Source of the DNA: a virus
Taxonomy: Duplodnaviria; Caudoviricetes
Virus record (IMG/VR): IMGVR_UViG_3300022178_000845
Coordinates: 1-26,973 of that record
Strand: one strand, 5' to 3'
DNA: 26,973 nt
A program made the position numbers and the translations under genes. Under the pieces are notes generated by a model, which saw nothing but the letters and a program-made list of their open reading frames with translations, searched no databases and was not told the origin of the DNA. Of this stretch, positions 7,437-17,100 are shown piece by piece. Positions within the stretch are counted from its first letter, which is position 1; each line of letters opens with the position of its first letter.

Positions 7437-8659
7437 GATATTACCCATCCTCTTGTAGAATCTATGTATATGAATTGAATTGAAAGGTAAGCAGTATCCA
7501 GTGTCATATCAGTACCACTGCCCATAATATTTGAGCTATTGCGACCAATGATTGTGTTGACAAAGTTGCCTACCGTCACCATAACTCGCTGGCCTATTGT
7601 TGGGCCTGTAGGGAGCGTAATCGTCTGCCCTGCTGCGCTCACATAAACGTGTGTGTTTACTGTTGCTGTTAGTGACGTAGCTGTCACGACAGACTCTATT
7701 CCTACCGCCACCTTATCTCCAGTTTGTAAAGCAGAGTCAGCAGTTGTGCCTTGTGCCGCTGTAGCGTAGTCTGATGAAGCAAATGCTTTTACTTGAGCAA
7801 GGTTAGTAACCTCACTGTCCATTAAGGCTCCAGAACTCGTCACGTTAGCAGTATCTGTTACGTCTGCATTAGCCTCTATGCCGTCAAGTTTGGTGCCGTC
7901 AGTAGCAACATCACGCCCATCAACGGTTGAGTTTGTGGCAATAGTACCTGAGACTGTAAGGTCTCCAGTAAAGGTACCGTTTACAGCACTTACATCTCCA
8001 GAGAGAGTTATTGCTGTGGTATCTGCATAAGAAAGTTCTCGCGAGCCAATTGCTACTTCGATAGCGGCAGAGGTTGCGGGGGCTTCGCTGAATGTTAAAG
8101 TAGTGCCTGAGATAGAGTATCCAGTTTTATTCTGGTACACACCATCTACGAATATTTGGGTATTACCTTCTACGCCAGGATCAGTAGACATAGTAAAGGC
8201 AGTAGTTGTATTATCTCCGGTGAAAGAGTCAATGATAATATCGCCAGTACCTAAAACCTTGCTAAAGGCTGCGATTTGAATTACATCACTGAGAGAAGCT
8301 CCAACAGTGAGAGTAACAGTGTTACCAGAGGTAGTATAGTCAACAGCGGGATCTAGTAATATACCGTTGAAGAATACCTGAATATAACCTGTTAGAAAAG
8401 AGAGGGTATTTGAATTATCATCTGAGCCAGTAAAAGCCGTTTGTCCCGCTGTTGCTGTATATAGATATTCTGTCCATACACCGCCTGCAGGGGCATCTCC
8501 GCCTGTACCAAGTTCGACTATAGAGTCAGAACCGTCATTCTTTTTGATGTACATCTTACCATCATACGTATTGATTGCTACTTCACCAAGCTCTAGTGAG
8601 CTTGTTGTGGGGATTGCCCCTTGTGTAGCCGAACGTTTTAACTTAATTGTTTGAGCCAT
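7433..8659 (-). CDS. Tail fibre protein (408 aa), module 1 scaffold
   Basis: N-terminal IKLKRS..LELGEVAIN domain, an ATAGQT..NGILL domain, an FTGD..DGVYQ domain, a KLDGIEANADVT fibre motif and a C-terminal ...GW domain; GGAGG RBS. Confidence 0.85.
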   Translation of the reverse strand: MAQTIKLKRSATQGAIPTTSSLELGEVAINTYDGKMYIKKNDGSDSIVELGTGGDAPAGGVWTEYLYTATAGQTAFTGSDDNSNTLSFLTGYIQVFFNGILLDPAVDYTTSGNTVTLTVGASLSDVIQIAAFSKVLGTGDIIIDSFTGDNTTTAFTMSTDPGVEGNTQIFVDGVYQNKTGYSISGTTLTFSEAPATSAAIEVAIGSRELSYADTTAITLSGDVSAVNGTFTGDLTVSGTIATNSTVDGRDVATDGTKLDGIEANADVTDTANVTSSGALMDSEVTNLAQVKAFASSDYATAAQGTTADSALQTGDKVAVGIESVVTATSLTATVNTHVYVSAAGQTITLPTGPTIGQRVMVTVGNFVNTIIGRNSSNIMGSGTDMTLDTAYLSIQFIYIDSTRGWVIS

Positions 8660-8676
8660 GTGGCCTCCTATAAATT

Positions 8677-8688
8677 GCGTATATACGC
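8677..8688. promoter_or_regulatory. 12-bp perfect palindrome GCGTATATACGC upstream of an RBS
   Basis: Seen directly; function unknown. Confidence 0.3.
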
Positions 8689-8702
8689 TGGAGTTTATGT
8701 TT

Positions 8703-8737
8703 AAGAAGTCCCGCCTACTGTTTTACCAGTAGACGGG
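8703..8737 (-). terminator. Stem-loop, possible weak intrinsic terminator or mRNA-processing hairpin
   Basis: Minus strand CCCGUCUACUG-GUAAAA-CAGUAGGCGGG (11-bp stem with one U-G pair) followed by ACUUCUU. Confidence 0.55.
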
Positions 8738-8756
8738 TTATTTCACTTATATTATC

Positions 8757-10295
8757 TTAGAAGGTTCCGCCATCAATAGAAGCAAACTCAGGAACACCAG
8801 AAGCATTGACAACCATTACCTGCCCTTGAGTACCTGTAGGAACGGATGAGAGTGCATTAGTACCATTACCTAATAATACTCTATTCGCGATAAAGGAGCT
8901 TACACCAGTACCACCATCGGCAACTGTAAGATCTGTAATACCAGTAATAGTACCGCCTGTGATAGCAACATTAGCACTTTCAAGATCAGCTACCAGAGTT
9001 GCTACAGCATGACCAGAACCACCGACATTAACAGTGGTAGTAGGAGCAACAGAGGACTCATCATATAACTTCCACTTTCCAGAATCATCAGCGTCACGGA
9101 ATAAACCAGCATATTTCTGAGCGCCGTCATTATACGTTCCGAATAGACCGACATCTACTAAGTTAGCGGTGTTACCTGTACCTAGAGAGATCAGAGGATC
9201 TTCAACATTCAAGTTAGTAGTATTAATAGTAGTAGTTGTACCACTAACAGTGAGATCACCAGAGACGATTACATCGTTAAAGGTTACGTTGTCTGATGTT
9301 CCGACAGCCTGACCAATTGCTACTGAACCGGAAGTAATAGTTACGCCTGTACCGTTACTGAACGCGGCACGATAGTCAGAAGCACCAGGTCCTGAATATG
9401 CTATAACACCAGTACCTGCAGTATATGTTACGGAACCATCACCAGTGCTAGTATGCGAGAGAGTATTTCTTACATCAGTTGAGAAAGAACCTATCTGGCT
9501 TGTAGTAATAGAAATAGGAGTATTTGTAGCACCTGTGATTCTTCCATCGGCTCCTACTGTAATTGCTGGAACACTAGACGCAGAACCATAAAGAGCAGCA
9601 GTAACACCACTTGCAGGAATAGTTAAAGTACCTGCAGTATTGGTGATACTAGAACTACCAGAAATAGCGCCTTGTGCAAGAGTAATGATATCCGCATCGC
9701 TCTTACCATTGAAAGTAACAGAACCGCCAGTACTAGTATCGGTAGTAATATTAGTACCACCAATCAAGTTTAGAGTGTTACCTGTAGTAAAGGTAAAGGT
9801 AGTTGGGCTACCTGCACCATCGGATACAGTAAAGCTTCCACTTGGGATAGATGCCCAAGAAGTTTGACCAGAACCATCTGTAGTCAAGAATTGACTAGCG
9901 CTTCCGTCAGCTTGTGGCCACTTAACACCATCAAGTATAAGATCACCAGTACCATTTGGAGTAATAGTAAGATCACCATTAGTATCTGTAGAAACAATAG
10001 CATTACCATTTAGTTGTAAGTTATCAACTAGTAGGTCATCGATCTTTTTGTTTGAGTCAACAATAATTGCACTACTTGCAGTCAGAGTTCCAGCAGTGTG
10101 ATCGAGCATATCTGTAAAGTATGCACCACCAATTACAATGTGACCACTGGTACCGTCTGGGTGTCCAATATATAGACGATTGCCACTAGCGTGACTTGAA
10201 TATGCCAGTTCACCCGCAGAGAGTGCTCCAGCGGAGCCGATCGTTGGGGGAGCGGCGGTTATATTACTTCTTTTAATTAATAATGTTTGAGCCAT
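8757..10295 (-). CDS. Tail fibre stem protein (512 aa)
   Basis: N-terminal LIKRS..LSAGELAY domain; Thr/Ser/Gly-rich fibre motifs (LTVSGTTTTIN, LTVADGGTG, FLTTDGSG); ends IDGGTF. Confidence 0.8.
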   Translation of the reverse strand: MAQTLLIKRSNITAAPPTIGSAGALSAGELAYSSHASGNRLYIGHPDGTSGHIVIGGAYFTDMLDHTAGTLTASSAIIVDSNKKIDDLLVDNLQLNGNAIVSTDTNGDLTITPNGTGDLILDGVKWPQADGSASQFLTTDGSGQTSWASIPSGSFTVSDGAGSPTTFTFTTGNTLNLIGGTNITTDTSTGGSVTFNGKSDADIITLAQGAISGSSSITNTAGTLTIPASGVTAALYGSASSVPAITVGADGRITGATNTPISITTSQIGSFSTDVRNTLSHTSTGDGSVTYTAGTGVIAYSGPGASDYRAAFSNGTGVTITSGSVAIGQAVGTSDNVTFNDVIVSGDLTVSGTTTTINTTNLNVEDPLISLGTGNTANLVDVGLFGTYNDGAQKYAGLFRDADDSGKWKLYDESSVAPTTTVNVGGSGHAVATLVADLESANVAITGGTITGITDLTVADGGTGVSSFIANRVLLGNGTNALSSVPTGTQGQVMVVNASGVPEFASIDGGTF

Positions 10296-10316
10296 GTTTT
10301 AGTTTCTCTTTTGACC

Positions 10317-10775
10317 TTAGAAGGTCCCTGCGTCCTGAGTGTCAGAATCTAGACCAGGCGTTCCTAACATAATAGGAACCCACTGAAAGACACCAACACT
10401 AGTCTCGCGATACACTTTAAATTGTTCAGTACTAGTATCGTACCAAGTATCACCCTCATTCACATTAGAACCAGTGGGCGTGGAAGCGGTTCTAAAGTTT
10501 TGGTCAGCTAATTGCTCTAAAGCTTGCTGAACATTTGTGGCTGTAATTGTACCATAAGGAGTAAAAGCTGTTGTGGTACCTGTACCACCACCCCCAGCCG
10601 AAATATTCCCTATTCTAGTATCTACTTGCTGCAAAGCTGTTTGAACATTTACAGCAGTTATATTACCAAAAGGAGTAAAAGCTACTCCTGTAGAACTTAC
10701 TCCAGCAAAAGCAATACTTGATGACGTAACAACAGTGGTTCCACCAGAAGTGGTGGCGGTTATAGAAATTGCCAT
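10317..10775 (-). CDS. Virion structural / fibre attachment protein (152 aa)
   Basis: Two FTP.G.ITA.NVQ.AL.Q repeats, GDTWYDT motif, ends DAGTF; TAATG-coupled to the upstream gene. Confidence 0.65.
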   Translation of the reverse strand: MAISITATTSGGTTVVTSSSIAFAGVSSTGVAFTPFGNITAVNVQTALQQVDTRIGNISAGGGGTGTTTAFTPYGTITATNVQQALEQLADQNFRTASTPTGSNVNEGDTWYDTSTEQFKVYRETSVGVFQWVPIMLGTPGLDSDTQDAGTF

Positions 10776-11113
10776 TATCGAGTCACCTCTTGGGTAAGGT
10801 TAACCTCCCCCTGTAATAATCTAGTTACTGAACTATCTCCAGCGGTAAAAATTTCTAGATCATAAAAATATCTACCAGCAGCAACCGCTGTCGAAGTTGC
10901 GTTCGACAGCGTCATATTAATCTTGCCATTGGTAGGAGTTGGAATGCTACAAGTGAATGTAGCGGCGGCAGTGGGGCTAGTCCTAGCTGTTCTCATTTGA
11001 GCCCTTGCAGAATAGCTAGTTAAATCTTTGGCGGAGCCGTTCTCGGCCAGAGCAAACTCTACCGCAAAATCGGATCCTTGGTCAATGACCAGGTTGTATC
11101 GGGCTGCGCTCAT
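10775..11113 (-). CDS. Collar / fibre-anchoring protein (T5 p132-like or BppU N-terminal-like)
   Basis: IDQGSDF...GRYFYDLEI...RLLQG..EVT pattern; lies directly after the Tal/central fibre gene, as in T5. Confidence 0.65.
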   Translation of the reverse strand: MSAARYNLVIDQGSDFAVEFALAENGSAKDLTSYSARAQMRTARTSPTAAATFTCSIPTPTNGKINMTLSNATSTAVAAGRYFYDLEIFTAGDSSVTRLLQGEVNLTQEVTR

Positions 11114-11133
11114 ATGATTTTCTCCATTACAGA

Positions 11134-11176
11134 ATTATAGACAAGTTGGGGTATATTGTCAAGGATTATTTTTTTC
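11134..11176 (-). promoter_or_regulatory. Consensus sigma70 promoter with upstream A-tract
   Basis: TTGACA (11162-11157), 17-bp spacer, TATAAT (11139-11134); A7 tract upstream; GGAG RBS before the ATG at 11113. Confidence 0.9.
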
Positions 11177-11180
11177 ATGG

Positions 11181-14100
11181 TTATGTATCAGTGTTTGATA
11201 AATTACCTAGATGTACACGTAGAGTTGTACCCTCAAATATTTTTAAAGAGTCATCAAGTAATAATAGCCTAGAAGTGGTTAGATTCCTTTCTCCAACTTG
11301 AAGTCTATCAGCTGTGACTGTACCTGTGTCTATGTTACCCCCATCGATTGTGGTAACATTCGCCCCTCCAATATGAGACTGCACAGCTGCAGGGTCTATA
11401 GGCGTTAAAGTATTAGATCCATCAGTTATAGTGGTACCGCTGCTGAAGGTAACAACACCTGTAAAGTTAGTGTGTTGAACAACACTACTAAAGTTAACGT
11501 TTATTGTACTACTTCCTGCTGAAGATTCTGTACCATAGTATTTTGCAGTATAATGAGTATTTGTAGAAGTAGGCACCTGAGGTCTTGGCTCATTTGTCCA
11601 AGTATTAACTCCAGTGCTTAACCCTGTAAGACCTCCTGATGCAAAACTATAGGTACCTGTACCTCCAAGGAGGGGCGCTCCGGAAGTAGTTTTTTCATAG
11701 TATATATAGCCTTGAACAGTTCTTAATCCATCGGGTCCTGTAGGGCCTGGAACAGTGGAGGAGGCGCCTGCATTTACTTTAGAAAAAGCTTGTACTACAG
11801 TAAACGAGGGGAAAGAAGTTCCATCCAATCTTTTTCCTATAACAGTAAAAGTAATATTACCTGTAGTAGCGGACATAGCTGTAATGTCTGCCAGGTCTAC
11901 ATAATAAGTAGGGTGTGTGCCTCCTTGGGTCGCCGCACCTGGTGTTACTCCAGTTCCTACAATACTACCCCCATTTGCAAATATACTAAAAGTTCCTGGG
12001 GTCGCACCACTTGCCGCATAGTTAAGGGCAATATTACCTTCAAATACCTTCAAGTCTGTACCGGAGCCTACAAAAGAACCTGATAGAGGGGTTCCTGAGC
12101 TGTCACACGCTACCGTGTGTGCAGGGTTGCTAAGCTGGTAGGATATTGCAGATTCTCCTACATACTTAACCCAAGTACCTGTAATACCTGCAGCACTAGT
12201 AGGTGCTGTGCCTACCCACTCATAGAATTGTACGAACTCTTGTCCAGCCTGCCTGACTAAGTTTTTATTAGTACCACTCGCATCATCAGCATATACAGGT
12301 AGTACACCTTCACTGTCTCCATCCTCTCCAATGTACTTAACAAATGTTAATGCATTAAGATTGCTTTGGCTGTATGCACCTATAGCGGGTTTAGTACCTG
12401 TATACTCATAGTAGTTTACATATGCAAAAGAACCTTGAGTGTAGCTTATCTGAGAGGGGGTAGGTGACTGTACACTAGCAAAAATAGCTGCTACACCTTT
12501 AGTAGTTCCATTTGCACCGTCATTAATAGTAAAGCTACTACCATCACTAAAGCTAACAGTAGTTACCCCCGCAACTGTACTAGACGTAGAGGTCAATGCG
12601 TCTGCATCTTTAATTCGAGTAAAAGACTGAGTTTTTGTAACTGTCGTGGTAGTGCCGTCTGCAAAAACTATATCAATAGTAAAAGGTCTAGTGCCTGTAT
12701 CAGAAGTGAGTGCAGTGATGTCTCCAACTGTAAATGTCGTTCCTGAATGAGTTCCTGTAGGTCCAGTGACTCCTCCAGTTGTGGCTGCGTTAGTAACTCT
12801 AAAGGTACTAACTGCGTAGGGACTTGCATTATCAACAGCTAATTGGTTTGTGCCTTCGAATACCTGAATAGTAGTACCTGACCCTGCGAAACCTCCTCCG
12901 AGAATTGTACCAGTGCCGTCTGCTGGACAGGCGTGCACTTCATTACTTACTACAACGGTCAGGCCTCCAGGACCTTGACTACCAGACTGTAAGCCGGCAA
13001 GAGTCATAGTATCTGTAGCTATTACAGTTGTTGTAACAGTTGTATCATCGTTTGTTACTACTTCCTGTAATTGTACAGTTATAGCCTGAGAACTTGAAGC
13101 TGCAGGCTTGGCGAGACCAATAGTAGTTAGATTAACAGTAGTCTCTGTAGGGGGAGTAGTAGCTGAGATGGGACTAGTAGTGTGAGTAGCAGACCCGTCA
13201 GTGAAGGTATACTTATATTGTACATTTGCCCCAGTGCGCTGATTTTTTGGTGAAGCGGTAAGTTGTATAGCCTGGTTTGCAGGATCTTCTGCCCCTAGAG
13301 TGCTGTATGTAATGAAAGCATTATCTGCTCTTATACTTACAGTAGGAGAAGCGCCTTGTGCAAATACAAAATCAGTATCAGTTCCTGCGTATCTAATGGC
13401 GTTGTAAGGCCCAAACACTGTCTTAGTACGGCTCTTAGGAATCACTTCATAGCGAACCCAGTAATAGTATGTATCTTCTGTAAGAGGGATATCTATAAAT
13501 TCGTTTGTCTTAGACGTGCCTACCATCTTTAAGCTAGCATCTTGAATATCATTAGCAGTAGTTCGCCATACTTGAACAGTATGTGTGTCTGGACTGAAAT
13601 TAGTGGAATTTGTCCATTGTAGTATAACTCTGCCTTCAGTTACCTTATTAGAGTCTGCTTCAGGAGTTACTAAAGTTGTAGGTGCGGCAATGCTAAGAGT
13701 ACCCGCACCTGAGTTCTCTCCTGCGGAATATTCAGGATTAGCTATTGAATCTATTAAATATGCTTCTGCGCTGTGCTCTTCTGCGGTTACTTGTACGAGA
13801 CAGTTATCCGTAAAGTTCAAGTTACTAACTCTAAATTCTTTATTTACCCAACCCAGTCTAGAGTTATTAACTTTTATAAGACTACCGGCTGTAAGTAATA
13901 AACCTGCAGGGCCAATCTTAAAAGTTGCTTTTAGCCCTTTACGAGACTGCTCTAGGTACTGCTTGGCATTTATTCTCGCATTAAAATAGTTTGTAATATA
14001 AGGGGTCTTTATGTCTCCCTTCTTTGCTACGTTTCTATCCTGCTTTAAGTATGTAGAGTTGAAGAAGGCTACCGATCGACCCTCATATCTATTTTGAGGA

Positions 14101-17100
14101 TCAGGGATGCTTACAGATACTCTGTTATAAGTACCTTTCTGCCCTGCATCCTCTAAGTTTATGGAACCGATAATGTCATCTTCATTAATAACCTGCGCGG
14201 TACCAAAAGAGTCTGTACCAGTTTTAACAGACAGATTATATTTACCGTTTGAATAGCGTAAAATACCGTTAAAATGTCCTAGCATTCCATTAATGTTTTC
14301 GAAAACAGACTTGGTAGTATTAACTACGGCATTTGTCTGGTGACGTGTAACATAGTCTTGAGACTGAGCATTCCATCCTAGATATCTCCAGTACTTAACA
14401 TCGTCAGAATCATATAAACTATATCCATTTGCGTACGAGTTAGAAGCAGGCACATACTTTTTAACTATAGGGTTGCCATCAAAAGTAGTTCGCGTAGAAG
14501 CAACATCTATAGAAAGAGAAGAATCTCCCGTACCGCTTATCTTAGTAAGAGGTTGCACCGAGGAAGAAGGTACCAAAGTATTAGTAGGATCAGCTGCGAC
14601 AACACCTGTAGTGGCTATTTCATAAATATTACTATTCCACCAGATATACTCTCCATCTTGGAACTCATACCAGTTGTTCCATTTACGGGCAATTTTACCT
14701 ACTACGTCAGTAAACACACCTTCCTTATAACCTGTAGCGTTTCCTGCTGCATCAGTTACAACAGTTAGATCTTCCTTTAATGTTCCTTGAAATCTTCGCA
14801 CACCTCCCGTGTCTACTAGATCATAAACTGCACCTGCTGTTGCGTTAGCAGAGGACGGAAATAACATAGTTACATCAGATCGTGTATCACATACGCGACC
14901 ACTATTAGTAAATGAATCTAAGTATATATCTTTATCTAAATCTAAACCTCTTCCATACCTATTGTTGGTAATATAATCCAAAACTTGCATAGACGGGTTA
15001 GTAGATACTCTCAGGTCTCCTCTACTTATAATTTTGTAAGTATCTCCAAGTACGGGAATAGCTGTCTCTGTCCAAGGAGAATCGACTTTAGCAATCCTAT
15101 CTGCACCAACATAGTCTATAATTTTTCTTTTCTGTACTGAGATTGTATTGTCTATAAATTTATGAGTAACTTCTATGTACTGACCATTGTAAGCATTGTC
15201 TACAGCGCTTGCTGAAGCCCCTAAAGCTATACAGTCTTTTATAGTTACCTCTGCTACAGCGACAGAGGCTGCATTAACTTGTGTAGAGCCTACAGACACC
15301 CACTTTGTTCCATCCCAGGTGGAGTACCAGTTACTACCAAGAATAGTCTGCTGCTCATATTGCTCATTTGTATCGAGAAGGTTTGCTGTACCCAAAGCTA
15401 GCATCTGAGATATAAGAGTTGCAGAATCAAAAGAGGATGTAGTGCCTGCATCTGGTGTGACATCAAGTCCTATACTTGTACCAGAAACTGTAGTAGTAGC
15501 CCCTGCAATAAGGGTCTCTGAAACACTCCCAGAATTTAATATATTATCATAAGTAGCTAGATAATAATTATTGGTCCCGTCTGTAATATAGAAAGCTGTA
15601 ACGCTTCCTAAAGCAGGCGACTCCTTAAATCTAATTCTATACGCAGTATTATTCTCAGTATCTTGGTACGCTTCTATATCAGCAATACGAACAGTAGAGA
15701 TAGTAGCCCCACTCACACTATTCTTTACTGTAACTAAATCTCCTGGATGAAAGTTAGAAAGTGCATCTGAGCTATAGTAACTATCTTGTAAATAAGAGAA
15801 GTCATAATTATAACACTCTAAAAGTTTGCCTTTTACGACAAACTCCATCTCAGGAATTGTTACTTCTCCTTCAGACACAGTAAACTCTGCTACAACATAC
15901 GCTGTATCTAGAAGTTGGTGATTGGGTCCCCAGTAATCTCCAGTAGACGTAAAGTAGTCGGACTGTATCTTAAAATTATTTGCTGCTGCAATAGAGCTCA
16001 GAAGATCATCAGATAACTGCCATTCTTTACCTGTATGTAGTGTAAGTTTAGTATCTATAGGAGTACTGAAATGGGTTCCTTTTCCATGGGTAATACCACT
16101 ACCTCCGGCAGTACCTATCTCTACACCTCCAGAAACTACAGCGAGAGGCGTAGCATTAGGCAGATTAATGCCCGATAAGTTCAATATAGAGTTAGCTGCA
16201 TCCCATGCGGCTATGCCTCCATTACCAAAAGAGAAGCTAGCCCCTTCATATGAAACTGTATATGAACCATTTGAGGTAGCTTTTGGGGATAGAGTGTCTC
16301 CTCTATCCATACGACCCGAACAGAGTACTTCCGCAGGAGACCCAACAGGGCTTCTAGTGTCCTCATCATTCTTATCTATGCATATAGAGGATTGATCATC
16401 TAGGTATATATCAAAGATTCCGCCTATCTCTCCTTCACAAAGTGCATATGCAACATATATCTTACCTGAGTTATCTTTTAGCGTATCTGTAAATATAGGA
16501 AAACTATCAATTCTCTGTACACCATATACGACAGGAAGTCTCTTTGCATCCAGGTTAAAGCGTAAGTCGACTTCACGATCTACCTCCACTTCGTACTCTA
16601 CGAGTCTTTTACCTCCAAAGAGACCTGCTAAACCTCCTCTCCTCTTCTCCTTATATCGGGTTTCCATAATTTGATAAGTTGAAATTATGTTTATAGCCGT
16701 TTCAGAATGTAAAAAGCCTAAGTCGTTTCCATACTCAGGTCGAATTACTGCTAATTTATCGGAGTTACCGCTGCCGTCTAAAGCTCTATGTTCCGCGTCG
16801 GAAGTTAATCTTCCGTTTACACGAACAAAATCCCCCCAGTGGCTAGTAAGCCCCCAGGATACCTTAGAAGTTTTAGTAGGGTCTTCAGTTAACTTTCCTG
16901 TTGCAATTATACCTTTAAAGAGTAGATAAGGTGCGCCAATAATAGCACCTGTGTCTACATCAATATGTGCCTTATAGATAAATACTTCTCTATTGATATA
17001 GCCCGCGTAAGAAGTAGCGTTAGTATCTGTTAAAATTCCATCTACTTCACCAGAGGCGTAAGTAAGTGTGCAGGATAGGTTTGAGGCAACAGTAAGCGTA

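Noticed and set aside
1-8659. Diversity-generating retroelement acting on the tip genes
   Set aside because: No reverse transcriptase in the window; the repeats lie in chaperone or junction coding sequence, and their mismatches are synonymous rather than adenine-specific.
1-8659. Invertase/shufflon-type fibre switching
   Set aside because: All modules are co-oriented complete genes with their own starts; I saw no inverted crossover sites and no recombinase in the window.
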